NCBI GenBank assembly: GCA_951406725.2
Contig: OX597839.1
Location: 12,524,001 to 12,588,000 of the forward strand
Source of the DNA: Octopus vulgaris
Taxonomy: Eukaryota
DNA: 64,000 nt
Direction of reading: 5' to 3'
The position numbers and the translations under genes were made by a program. This document shows positions 42,233-56,526 of this stretch, piece after piece. Position 1 is the first letter of the stretch. Every line of letters begins with the position of its first letter. Under the pieces are notes generated by a model, which was given only the letters and a program-made list of their open reading frames with translations, was not told the origin of the DNA and made no database searches.

Positions 42233-42958
42233 TTCTCTCCCTTAGTTATAGTGGCTACTTTAGGTCCTTAGCTCTGCAAGTTATGAGGCTGTCATTACCA
42301 GTGCTGGTGGCATGAAAAATATACCCACTTGATATTGACATGAGACACCAACCACAGCTACATGCTTATAGTCAGTAGTAAGAGAGAGTGACAGATATAA
42401 GTAATAGGTGACACTGATGACAAAGACATGATTTGCAGAATCGCCCATCCATACATCCAGACATTCCAATCAGGTGATGAGGCATCGCTGTCTGGCCTGG
42501 GTTTTAGTCACATTGGTCATTCACGAACTGAAATACCCCATTTGTACTCTCTACGACTACAAATGATAACAGTAGTTCACTAACTGAACTGGTTGATCTG
42601 GGTTATTGACAGTTTGTTGTCTGTTCAACCATTCAGCATTTAGGATTATTTGTCATTGATGCAATAAGTTCATCTGCCAAAGTAGTTCACATCCACCATG
42701 CTGCATCTCATGATTTCAATATACTATGGCTCAGTTGGGACCATGATAGGTGCTACTACTCAAGGTCAGAATGGACCTCGAAGCAAAAGTTGCTAAGCGG
42801 TGGATAAACTGTTTAAAAGAGAGCGTAAGTCAAGATGGCAATGGTGGAAAAGAGATGATTGTCAATAAAAGCATGACCTAAATGAGAAGGATGGCAGGGT
42901 GGGTAATTGAGGAGGTGCTTCTTCTGTGTGGGATGACGTCAGCAGCCAGGGAGCTGAC

Positions 42959-43116
42959 CGGAAGGACCAGGAGTGACGTGCGCGCAGGCAGGGCAGGATT
43001 CGGCCTTTTTTCAATCGAGGTAGCCGAGGGAGTGAGATGCGTGAGCACGTTGTTAAGGTAGGGGAGAAGCAGCTGCTATTTCTAGTGTTCGGATCGGGCT
43101 GCATTGAAGGATCCAT
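42959..43116 (-). CDS. Candidate coding exon (possible alternative N-terminus) MDPSMQPDPN...KKGRILPCLRARHSWSF(R)
   Basis: Non-repetitive, about 16 CpGs in 250 bp, open frame; possible acceptor ATCAG| at 43191 and donor CG|GTCAGC at 42958 (phase 2). No homology search done. Confidence 0.35.
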
Positions 43117-43515
43117 TACCGCTGAAAGGTCTCTGTCGAGTGAAGAGAAGGTAGGTGTCCTTATTTCGATTCTCTCGCATACACCACATTCTGATACAAT
43201 TTTATGCAAATACTTGTTATTTGGGCATTGTGATGGAAGAGATAAAACTTGTGTCAGACACATGCTAGATTGGAAGAGAGAGGAACAATGCAGTTATAGA
43301 AATGGTTTGCAGTAAGTGTGTGATGGGTGTATAGTATAGCAAAACAGGAGACGAGTGATTGAGGGATGAGAGAATATGGAATAGGCAAAAGTGGATGCAG
43401 ATAGAGCTTAACAAGTACAGAATGGGTGCGAGACCTAGTGTAGATATATATTATACACTCAGGCCTCCATCACTAGCACCAAATAATATGGTTGCATGAG
43501 TGAGTGGTAGACAGG

Positions 43516-43550
<35 letters not shown>

Positions 43551-43558
43551 AATGTATA

Positions 43559-43606
<48 letters not shown>

Positions 43607-44310
43607 CATTTATCTTTTACTTGTTTCAGTCATTGGATTGTGGTCATACAGGGGCACCACCTTGAAAAGTTTTAGTTAAGCAAATCCACCATAGTACTTA
43701 ATTTTTTAAACTTTGGTATGTATTCTATTGGTCTCTTTTACCTAATTGCTAGGTTACATGTGTGTGTGTGTTTAAAGACCATGACAAATGTGTGTATGTA
43801 GTAATATATTTGGAGAAACTGAAATATTCCATCCAAATAAAACATTAGTAGTTATAGAACAATAACAGCAACATCAACAACTACAACAACTATAACAGCA
43901 AGTACAACAAATCAACAACAGTAACAACGACAAATACTATGACAGTAACAAGAGCAAAAAGAATAGCAGCATTCTGAGGAATTGCAAATCAAAGTTTGGT
44001 GTGGCACTGTCTGGGCAGGGACGTAGAGTCAGAGAGGAGGTGGTGCTGGTATTGTAGGTGTTGGCAGTGCAAAAAGAAATGGTACGGGTAAGAAAGCGAA
44101 TCAAAGATAGTATATATATGAGAAATACTGGAACACAGGTGAGATAAATAAACAAGCCTTCATATGTGTTTACTGAAATTCTTGGATTCAGTGAAGGTTG
44201 ATATTGGCATGAGAACAGGAGTTGGATGGTATGTAGGCAGGGATATTTATGGTGCCACCATATCACTCATTGTATGTGTGTATATATGTGCATATATATA
44301 TCTGTGTGCT

Positions 44311-44342
<32 letters not shown>

Positions 44343-44439
44343 TTTATATACAAACGTGTGTCTAGATGTATCATCATCCAAATCATCATCATTTATAAAG
44401 ATGATGATGTATAATCTCTCTCCCCCCCTCTCTCTCTCT

Positions 44440-44600
44440 GTCGTTAATTACTCGAAATGAGGAGTAGATGGACAGCTGACAACTGATGAAGGGTCGTTCT
44501 TTTTGTTACTTGTCTTGTTTTCCATTTGTTTCTCTTATTGTTCACATACCCAAGTTTGTCTTCGTATTTCATGTTATGTTTTGTGACGTCCTATACTCAC
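44440..44600 (+). mobile_element. Short Penelope-like fragment with permuted hammerhead-like motif
   Basis: ACTC-GAAA-TGAGGA-GTA-16 nt-CTGATGA-A-GGGT followed by a T-rich tail into (AT)n; same layout as 55270-55560. Confidence 0.45.
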
Positions 44601-44603
44601 ATA

Positions 44604-44671
<68 letters not shown>

Positions 44672-44674
<3 letters not shown>

Positions 44675-44915
44675 TCATCGTTTAGCGTCCGTTTTCCATG
44701 CTAGCATGGGTTGGACGGTTCAACTGGGGTCTGTGAAGCCGGAAGGCTTCATCAGGCCTAGTCAGATCTGGCAGTGTTTCTACGGCTGGATGCCCTTCCT
44801 AACGCCAACCACTCCGTGAGTGTAGTGGGTGCTTTTTACGTGCCACCCGCACAGGTGCCAGACAGAGCTGGCAAACGGCCACAAACGGATGGTGCTTTTT
44901 ACGTGCCACCGGCAC
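44672..44915 (-). mobile_element. Family D SINE, young
   Basis: CATCATCGTTTAGCGTCCGTTTTCCATGCTAGCATGGG tail and GGATGCCCTTCCTAACGCCAACC core; CpGs intact. Confidence 0.85.
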
Positions 44916-45024
44916 GATATATATATACATATATAAGTATGTATGTACATATATGTATGTATATATGCATATATATATATATATTTTATTCATATTCATA
45001 TATATATAATATATATATATAAGA

Positions 45025-45830
45025 CAGGGTGCAGTGGGTAAGTTGTTGCTTTTTAATTTTGTGCATGTGCATTGTTTGTTTTTGATTTTGTCAACTACAT
45101 AGTATAGTAGGGTCAGCTGGTCACTGCCTGTGAGAAAAACAGCATCATGATGCGATTCACTCTGTCAGAAATTTGGAAACAACATGCTGTACAGCTTGGC
45201 ATCATACTAGAAGCTCCAACACAAGCATCTCAGAGTATTTGGGTGTCAATCTGAGGACAGTGCAATCTGAGAATATGTACCGAGAGTGATAAAAATCAAA
45301 TATCCAGTCAACATCATGGTGTTTGGAGTGATCACTATTGATGGCGACGTTATGCCTCCATTCATCTTCCCACACTGCCTCAGACTCAACACAGAGGCCT
45401 ACATCAAGTACCTGGAGGAGGCAGTGCTACCCTGGGTCAAGAGGGTGGCTACTGAATGACCCTATGTCTGGTAACAGAACTCTGCACCATACAACACAAG
45501 CAGGTGAACCCAGTCATGGCTGTCAGACAATTTCTGCGACCACATCACCCATAACATCTGGCTACCTAACTCCCCAGACTGTAACCCCCTTGATTATTAT
45601 GTGTGGGGCAAGTTGAGTGAGAGGCCAAGAAAACTCCTCGTAACACCAAAGATGAGCTGAAAGAAGGATTATGGCAGCATTCAGCAACTTAAACAAGGAG
45701 ACCATCCAGAAGAGTTGCAGGAGATTCTGAAGTCGTCTGGAGGCCGTGGTTGAAGCCAATGACGATTTTATTGAATAGATTTACTCTTTAGTATTTTAAG
45801 ATATTTTTCTGTAATTTTCGTAAATAGATC
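45025..45830 (+). mobile_element. Second internally deleted maT/DD37D element, right end missing
   Basis: Colinear with 8031-8760; PVNIMVFGVIT...LPWVKRVA...NSPDCNPLDYYVWG...RLEAVVEANDDFIE*. Confidence 0.88.
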
Positions 45831-46049
45831 TAATCGGGGTACTTGAAAAGATATGCACCAGGTAGGGTAGGATAAACCTGTGCTTCTGGCCTATGGTTGG
45901 TAAGTATCAAATAGAATGTTCCAGTTGTGTACATAGAGAAAACTAACCCTATGAGTATTTAGGACCTAGGAGCTGGTCCAAAGCACACATTACGTTGAAT
46001 TGTATTTTCTTGGTATACTCTAGGGTGTCCGACAAGTTATAAATCCCCT

Positions 46050-48510
<2,461 letters not shown>

Positions 48511-49282
48511 TTTATATATGAAATGGTTGCAGTAAGTCAGTGCCTTACCTGAAAAGTTGTTTCTCTGACAGCTCTGTCTAGTTGACTATAAAGTTACCTA
48601 ACGCCTCTGTGGAATGGATGTAGCAACACAGATTTTTTTAATGGGGCTGGCGGGAGAGGGGCACCGGCTGGCTGTCTTTAGACTTAGCGCCATCAGAAGT
48701 AGTAGCAGTAGCTGTAGTAGTAGTAATATTGGTAGTAGTAGTAATGATGATGAAGGGATTAAGGAGATCTATGTGGTGGTGCTGCTGGTGATGGTATTAG
48801 GGTGGAATGGGTGGGGGTGGTAAAAAAATCAACTGCAGTGATGGTGATAGTGGTGTTTGTGGAGATGAGGATGGTGCTGATGGTGTGGTGGTGATGGAGG
48901 AGGATGAGGAAGAGGAGGTGTGGTAGTAGTGATTATAGAGTGCTGCTGTGTTGATGATGGTGGTGGTGCTGGTGCTGATGGTGGATTGGTGCTGAATGCG
49001 TTGTTGTCAGTGATGCTGATGGTGGTGGTGGTGGTATTAGTGGTGATGATGCTAGTTTTGCTGGTGGTGGTGTTAGCAGTGATGGTAGTATTGGTAGTGG
49101 TGTTGGTAGTAGTGGTGGTAGTGTTGCTGATGGTGGTGGTTTTGTCACTGGTGGGGTAGTGGTACTGTTGGTGAAGGTATTGGTATTTATGATGGTGTGG
49201 GGGAGTAATTATGAGAGTGCTGCTGATGGTGGTGTTATAGATGCAGAGGTGGAGGTGGTGATGCTTACTGTTCTCTCTCACC

Positions 49283-49316
<34 letters not shown>

Positions 49317-50029
49317 GGTGCTGGTTTGGCTGGTCTGTGTCGGGGTGTGGGTGTGGTAAACTATGTAGGTAGGTGAGTAGGGTAAATAGATGAAGATGAA
49401 GGTGAGTTGAGGTAAGTAATGGTTTCCATGAGATATAAACAAAACAGGGGTGGGGAGTGGAAGGAGAAGGTTTTTTGGACTCTTTTCGTTTTTTTTTACC
49501 CTCTGTTTATTTTATTTAAAGAAAAAAACATCACAACAACAGCAATATCCATAACTATTATTTATACCAACACCACTTACACCATAACTACCATCAAAAC
49601 TACCATCAGCAGCATCAACATCAACACTACCCTTATCCTCACCACCACCATCAGCACTGCCACCACCATCATTGTTACCTCCATCCCCTATCACCACCAC
49701 TACCATCATCATCATCATCATCATCATCTTACATTAAAAAAAAAAGAGGGACATTTTGTTTAGTGTGGTCCAAGATGCATTATGCCTTTAATAAAAAACC
49801 CCCCAGAAAAACAGACTGACTAGTCAAGTTTGGAATGTCTTTGATTATATATCAGCCTCCTTGATCAGGACTCATCTGAGGAATAAACAATTCCAACAAC
49901 GATGTCAATAGTGTCAACAAACAGTAGTAACAACACCATCACTGCCAACAAAAACAATATAACCAACTGTTATATTCAACAAAATAAATAAGCCACATGC
50001 TGACAGGGAAGATGAAAAAATACCAGTAA

Positions 50030-50885
50030 TTACACACAACACACACAGCATATGTAGAAGACATAGTAAAGGAAAACAAAATGACATGTGAACATACTTA
50101 AAATAAACACAGGTACCATATTCGGCTAATGCAAAGAAACTGCAACAAATGATGTACACGAGACAAATGTTGTACAAAAGGCACTTGTACTTTTTCAGTT
50201 ACAATGGTGAGGGTTCTAGTTGATCCAATCAATGGAATAACCAGCTCATGAAATTAATGTGTAAGTGGTTGAGCACTCCGCAAACACGAGTACTCTTAAA
50301 AAAAGTTCTCAGGGAGATTCAGCATGACACAGAATGTGACAAGGCTGGCCCTTTGATATACAGGTACTACATATTTTTGCAAGCTGAGTGGACTGGAGTG
50401 ATGTGAGGTAAAACATAAAAACACACACAGCATATGTATGAGACATAGCAAAGGAAAACAAAATAACATGCAATCATGCTTCGAGTACATACAAGTACCA
50501 GATCCAGCCAACACAAAGAAATAGTAACAGATGATATACAAGAGACAAATGTTATGCAAAAGACACTAGCACTGAGTTACGATGATGAAGGTCCCAGTTG
50601 ATCTGATAAACAGAACAGCCTGCTCGTGAAATTAACATGCAAGTGGCAGAGCACTCCACAGATATGCGTACACTTAATGTAGTTCTCAAAGAGATTCAGT
50701 GTGACACAGAATGTGACAAGGTTGGCCACTTGAAATACAGGTACTACTCATCATTGCCTACTGAGTTGACTGGAGTAATGTGAAATAAAGTGTCTTGATC
50801 AAGGCTACTTATCCATGAGCAATTGAACTCACAACCTTATGATCATGAGTCAAATATCCTAACCACTAAGTCACACATCTTCACA
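50030..50885 (-). repeat. Old tandem duplication (~382 bp period) of a family C SINE 3' part plus flank
   Basis: ACACACAGCATATGTA..AGACATAG.AAAGGAAAACAAAAT at 50041 and 50423, colinear through the SINE. Confidence 0.75.
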
Positions 50886-51027
50886 CAAGAGATGAATGTT
50901 ATACAAATGACAAACGGTGTACTACTGCTATTATTGCTACTGCTGCTACTAATACTACTATGTCATTCACAGATGAATACCACCAACAGCTGGTCTCCAG
51001 AATTCTTTCTCCTGCATTGTTATTGTT

Positions 51028-51260
51028 AGGTTGTTCTTCAGTAGACCAGAGTCTTCAACCAGTTGGTGAATAAATATCCTGGCTGGATGACTCCTACATT
51101 GTTTTCTGTGTATTGGTTACCATATCCGCATTTAACTCACTTTTTCATCTTTACTATGAAAGCAGTGTCTACAGAATCTCAGACATCTTTCTGTTATGGT
51201 GGAAGTAACTCTTGGAAGACTACCATAAAAAATCTGGCTTTCTGTATGTAACTGCCACTG
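51028..51260 (-). mobile_element. RTE-type LINE 3' ORF fragment
   Basis: Minus-strand translation TITERCLRFCRHCFHSKDE...W*PIHRKQCRSHPARIFIHQLVEDSGL resembles the RTE C-terminal RRLRFxGH...GRP motif. Confidence 0.6.
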
Positions 51261-51755
51261 TGCACAAACTATATATTAGATCCATCATGGATCTAATACA
51301 TAATCTCTCCAAAACAAAAAACATAAATTAACTCTTCTCTCATCTTCTCAGGCATTAGACATATTGCAACAACACAACACATACTCATCATCATCATTGG
51401 TTACTTTTCCATGCTCTCATGGGATGATCAGAATTTGTTAAAGTAGATTTCTATGGCTGGATGCCTTATCGGTCACCAACCCACTCCTGGTGGTATTACC
51501 ACCAGTAAATTTTTATTCAAAGCAGATATGAGTAATTAAATTAACAAGACTAAGTGAGCTGACACAACTCTTTATTCCAACTTGCTTTATCCCCAACTCA
51601 CATTCGAGATCATATCACAGACACTCCAAATATTATTGATCTCTTTTCTCTTCTCTAAGCTTGCCATGAAGGTGAAGGAAACTTCAAACCTAAGACAACA
51701 TCATCTACATTCTTTTCCTTGGCCTTCATGTTTCATCAACACCATGTACTGTGAG

Positions 51756-51859
51756 ATGTGTGTATCACATCAGCATTTTTACTTGCTTCATGTGTGTATC
51801 ACATCAGCATTTTTACTTGCTTCATGTGTGTATCACATCAGCATTTTTACTTGCTTCAT
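51756..51859. repeat. Perfect 3 x 34 bp tandem repeat
   Basis: ATGTGTGTATCACATCAGCATTTTTACTTGCTTC at 51756, 51790 and 51824. Confidence 0.95.
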
Positions 51860-52664
51860 CCTCATTTTTGAAAGCTTCACACAGAGAAACCCATATACTT
51901 TACCTCAGCTAGTTAAGGCAATGACCTTCTATAACTGTTATTCATTGGTAAACGACAAGCTAGTGAAGCATATTTACATATTTTTATTTCTTGCCTCATA
52001 CTTACCTGGTCAGAAAGAATACCACCCTCTTTGGTCATATGACTTTACTATACTGAGTTTCTTTGGTTTTGCTAAAATTACTGTTCTTTCATTTCTTTAT
52101 ATAAATCTTTTTTTTTTGTGAACATTTTCATCATTTATTTCAATGCAAATGCCTGCTTATTGAGTGCTTTTTGTTGTTGTTGTTATAACTATTATCATCA
52201 TTATTATGCTTAGCAGCATTGCTTCCAGCTCATTACATTCTAAGTTCAAATGCTGCCAAGGTCTACTTTGCCCTTCATCCTTTTGAGGTTGATGGAATAA
52301 GTACCAGTTGAGTACTGGGGTCAATGTAATTGACTATCCTCCACCCCCAAATTCCAGGCCTTATGCCTATAGTAGAAAGGATTATTATCATTTATTCATT
52401 GCTGAGCTGTCAAGACATTTTTTTTTCTTGGCACTTCTGACTGACATGAAAATTTTACCATTCAACGTGCACAAGAAAATATTTCTTTCATTATGATTGA
52501 TGTAAAGCACAATGTTTAAAACAGATCAGAGTTTGTTTCTTGCCAAAATGAATGAGTAAGATGGGTTAGATAACCCCCACCCTCTCAAAACAAACAAAAA
52601 AAATTCAATAAGCAGGCATTTGCATTAATATAAAGTACAAAAACCACACACACACAGAAATATT

Positions 52665-52858
52665 GATACATGATACTAAATGGTTCTGACAACTGACCAT
52701 TTACTCTGACTATTGAGCAAATGTCTCTAAACATTATAGTGATCCCAGCTTCTGGAAACAAACCCAAAAACCAGCTGCTCAGAGAAAAGATGCTATATAT
52801 GTATTGATGATGATCCTATCAAATGCTTTTAACTGATTTAAATTTATCAGAGCACCAT
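52665..52858 (-). mobile_element. L1/Tx1-clade LINE RT fragment
   Basis: GALINLNQLKAFDR...ITIMFRDICSIVRVNGQLSEPFSI matches the Tx1-type LDQxKAFDRV...VxVNGxLSxPF pattern. Confidence 0.65.
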
Positions 52859-52949
52859 GGGTGGCGCTCTGAAAAATTTAGATCAGTTGCTGATGACAGA
52901 ACCCAACTGAGGTCATTTTTCAGGACTCTACACCCACAACTTTCTCAGG

Positions 52950-53290
52950 AATAAGTGGGTGCACTAATGAATAGGAGACCAGTGGGGGTGCTACGAATGG
53001 TGCGGACCCCAGAAAATGTGGAATGCATCAAACAAGCTTTGATATGGAGTCTAAATTGCTCTGCTCAGTGGCATTCCATTGAACTTGGCATTAATAATTG
53101 ATCAGTTATGTGTATTTTGCATGAAGATCTACATTTCCAACCCTACAAATTGGTCATTAGGCAGCAGTTAAAATCATGGGACTATGCACAGAGCAATGCT
53201 AGAGAGTGGAGGCCAACTTCCTAGAAAGCCTTCAGAAATGCATCAATGAAAATAAACACCACATGATGGGTGTTGTTTTCCACACTTGAT
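52950..53290 (+). mobile_element. Internally deleted rosa/DD41D-like Tc1-mariner transposase fragment
   Basis: RMVRTPENVECIKQAL...SAQWHSIELGI...ILHEDLHFQPYKLVI joined directly to C-terminal ANFLESLQKCINENKHH...VVFHT*. The catalytic domain is absent, so family assignment is tentative. Confidence 0.7.
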
Positions 53291-54199
53291 TTTGACAAAT
53301 GCTAATTCAGTATGAACACATTGAGGAATAAATGGGCAAAGAAGAGATGAAAGATAAGCAAAATAATGTATTCCTCCATGAGATAAAATTCACATTATTT
53401 TCAAAACATTCTTGGATGTAGAACCATGTTCCATCACATAGCACATTATTTTTAAGCTTTCAATATTGCTGTCTTTTAGATTCCATACATAGTTTGACAA
53501 TGAAGTAGTGTTTCCTCTTTGTTAGTATTTGAAAGTGTATGTGTCAAATATATCTTTTCTTAAATGGGTGCATTGTAAGTCTAATGTAAGACTTCACTGC
53601 AGTATTGTTTTTGAGAACATTCATTTTGTATACCAATAAGGCACACACAACTGAGAGCACAAAAAGTGGAGTTAAAATATTTGCAGCATGGAAAATTATT
53701 TAGAGGATTTCTTTGGATACAATGTAGGTAAATTTCTTACCAGTAATTGTAGTAATGAAAGCTGCCAAATTGATAGTACACTTAACTACTTTCAAATTGT
53801 TTTTGCTAAAGATGTAGTGATATTAGTGTTTTGTTGGGAAATGTTTATAGCCTACACTTGAGAAGATTGTAACAATGTTAGTGCAGGCTTCAAAACTAAA
53901 TTACTACAAATTTTTGTCTGTATTTTTGTTTCAACAGATCTACTTAATTTACTTTTGATTTTAATATATATTATCATTAAACATGTTGTTTTAGGCATTT
54001 AACCAGCATAGTTAAATGAATTTTCATTGAAAGAAAATATTGGAAATCTGCCTATTAATATTACTTTTAAGATTTAATACAGAGATGGGGTGATTTGAAA
54101 GTTTATATGTTTATGAATACAAATATACTGGAGCATATATATGCACACACATGAACAGAGGGGCAAGCATAGTTGAATGCTTTAATGCTCACTCTGCAG

Positions 54200-54304
54200 C
54201 CATGTGGTTTTGGGTTCAGTGAAGCACCTTCCACTATAGTGCTGGGCCAATCAATGCCTGAGTTAATTTGGTAGCAGAAACTGAGTGCAAGCCAATTGTA
54301 TACA

Positions 54305-54348
<44 letters not shown>

Positions 54349-54575
54349 TGTGTGTGTCTGTGTTTGTCCCTTACCACTAGCACCACTTGACAACCAATGT
54401 CAGTTGGTTTACCTCCCAGTATCCTAGCAGTTCAAAAAGAAAAAAAGAGAGAGATTGAAAGAATAAGTACCAGACTTTAAAAAATGCACTGAAATCAATT
54501 TGTTTGACTAAACCCTTCAAGGTGGTGCTCCAGCATGGCTGCAATCCAAAGACTGAAACAAGTAAAATATAAAAA
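54200..54575 (+). mobile_element. Family A SINE, diverged
   Basis: GGGTTCAG B box, internal (TG)n and GACTGAAACAAGTAAAA tail. Confidence 0.75.
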
Positions 54576-54581
54576 GATAGC

Positions 54582-54750
54582 GACTACACACATTTTTTTC
54601 TCTCCTTGTTTTTTCTGTGTCCCTTTCTGTAGAAGAGTGTAGGCTCGAAACGTAAAAGACTTTTTCTATTCCTGAGCGTTATACTAATACATCTGTTTGT
54701 TTTGTACACTACTTGTCTTCGTCTTTTGTTTTTTCATAAACTCTCCCTAT
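54582..54750 (+). mobile_element. Short Penelope-like fragment with minimal hammerhead-like motif
   Basis: CTTT-CTGTAGA-A-GAGT-GTAG-GCTC-GAAAC-GTA-AAAG at 54623-54658; matches 2366-2533. Confidence 0.65.
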
Positions 54751-54805
54751 ATATATACATATATACATACATATATGTGTGTGTATATATATATATATAC
54801 ATACA

Positions 54806-54856
<51 letters not shown>

Positions 54857-54866
54857 ATACATACAT

Positions 54867-54899
<33 letters not shown>

Positions 54900-55167
54900 A
54901 ACATATATATAAACCAAGCATTTTAGAGAGTAATGTATTGAACTCTCATTATATAAGAAGAAATATTTACTTAGTGCTTTCTTCCAAAGTAATTTGTTTA
55001 TAGACACAGTTTGCTTTAAGAGAAGCTACATATGTAATGGTCTTTCAGGCAGTGTATGTGCTTTCTGTTCATGAGACCAGTAGAGAAAACAACTTTATTG
55101 ATATTACTCTGTTTTCACTTGTGCGTGTATGTGAGTACATAAAAGCATGTATACACACACGTTTATA

Positions 55168-55211
<44 letters not shown>

Positions 55212-55269
55212 TAAATTTTACATATGCATATATACATACATATATGTACGTACCTACCTCTACATGTAT

Positions 55270-55560
55270 ATATACATGCATATATGGGTACAGGACACCA
55301 AAAAAAACGTCGAACACAATGAGAAACGAAAACATAAACACAAAACCAAGGAACTGGACATTTTTCTTAAACAACAAAAAAATAGAGTACAGGACAAATA
55401 ACATAAGGAAAATTCCCCTTCTTCAGTCGCCATGGTTTCATCTACTCTGCGTTTCGAAGGTGAAGGCAATACGCATCTTTGATAGAAACTTTCCTTCCCG
55501 CGAAAAGCAAATTAAATAAAATTTGAGATCTTTTTGCGGAGGGGTAAAAATGGTAACAAA
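55270..55560 (-). mobile_element. Short Penelope-like fragment with permuted hammerhead-like motif
   Basis: Minus strand CCTTC-GAAAC-GCAGA-GTA-16 nt-CTGAAGA-A-GGGG at 55415-55460. Confidence 0.45.
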
Positions 55561-56309
55561 AACAGGACAGTAACGACGGTACAAAATATAAACAGTAAAA
55601 GACACACAGACACACATTTATGTTTATTTATTATTTTTTAACAAGGCTGGTGTAGACAGTGGCTTTGAAGTATTAGCAGGCTTAGCCTTCATTGAGTAAT
55701 TCTTCAGTTTAATGTAAATTGTTTTTATAATAATAATTTATTAATATAAACACATATATAAATGTATGAGTTTTTATTACAATTCATCATCATCATCATC
55801 TTCACCACCACCACCATCACCATCAGGAACTGGCAAGTTTATGGCGAACATGTGTAGCGGTTATATGTTATATGAAATTAGCCAACAAGGAGAAACTGTA
55901 CATGTAACATTCTCTCATATAATATATACATATGTATGGTGCTATACATTTGCAACATAAAACTGTATTGAGTACTTTTACATTTTGTACAATGTCTTTG
56001 CACATAAACATTACACATCATTACATAATACAGATGATAGAAAGAATGGATGTGAATTATTACATTCAAATACTATGCAGGAAAAATCTACTTAAATGCA
56101 CTCATTGAAAAACAGAAAGTACGATATAACATATGTGATAGAAGACGTATGTCCTCAAGAACAAAAACAAAACTACACACGAAGAAAGATGATTCTAGCT
56201 TCAAATTCTGAAAATGCTTACTGCAGAAGAAAGAACTGGATACTTTGAAATGACTTCCTTAATTCAATAAAGAATATGTATTTTAGCAATTAAAACAACT
56301 GCTTCTTAA

Positions 56310-56526
56310 CACTTTTCTTGCTATATTTCCAATGAAATATACTACTTTTATTTCAATTAATTGTGAAAATAACGACAAATTTAGTAAAACAACTCTGTTG
56401 TTATTAAACACAAGTTTGGAACATGGAATCTTGATGCAAGGTTTTAGATTTATTTAAAGCAGGAAGTTTTTGTTTATTTTTAACATAGAACCAAGGGCAA
56501 TGTCAAGCAGTTTGGTATTAAAAGAA
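56310..56526. mobile_element. Degenerate piggyBac-type MITE
   Basis: TTAA on both sides (56306, 56527) with decayed CCCTTTT/AAAAGGG-like termini. Confidence 0.5.

Noticed and set aside
51756-51859. 34 bp direct repeats resembling a CRISPR array
   Set aside because: The units are contiguous with no spacers, there are no cas genes, and the context is eukaryotic.
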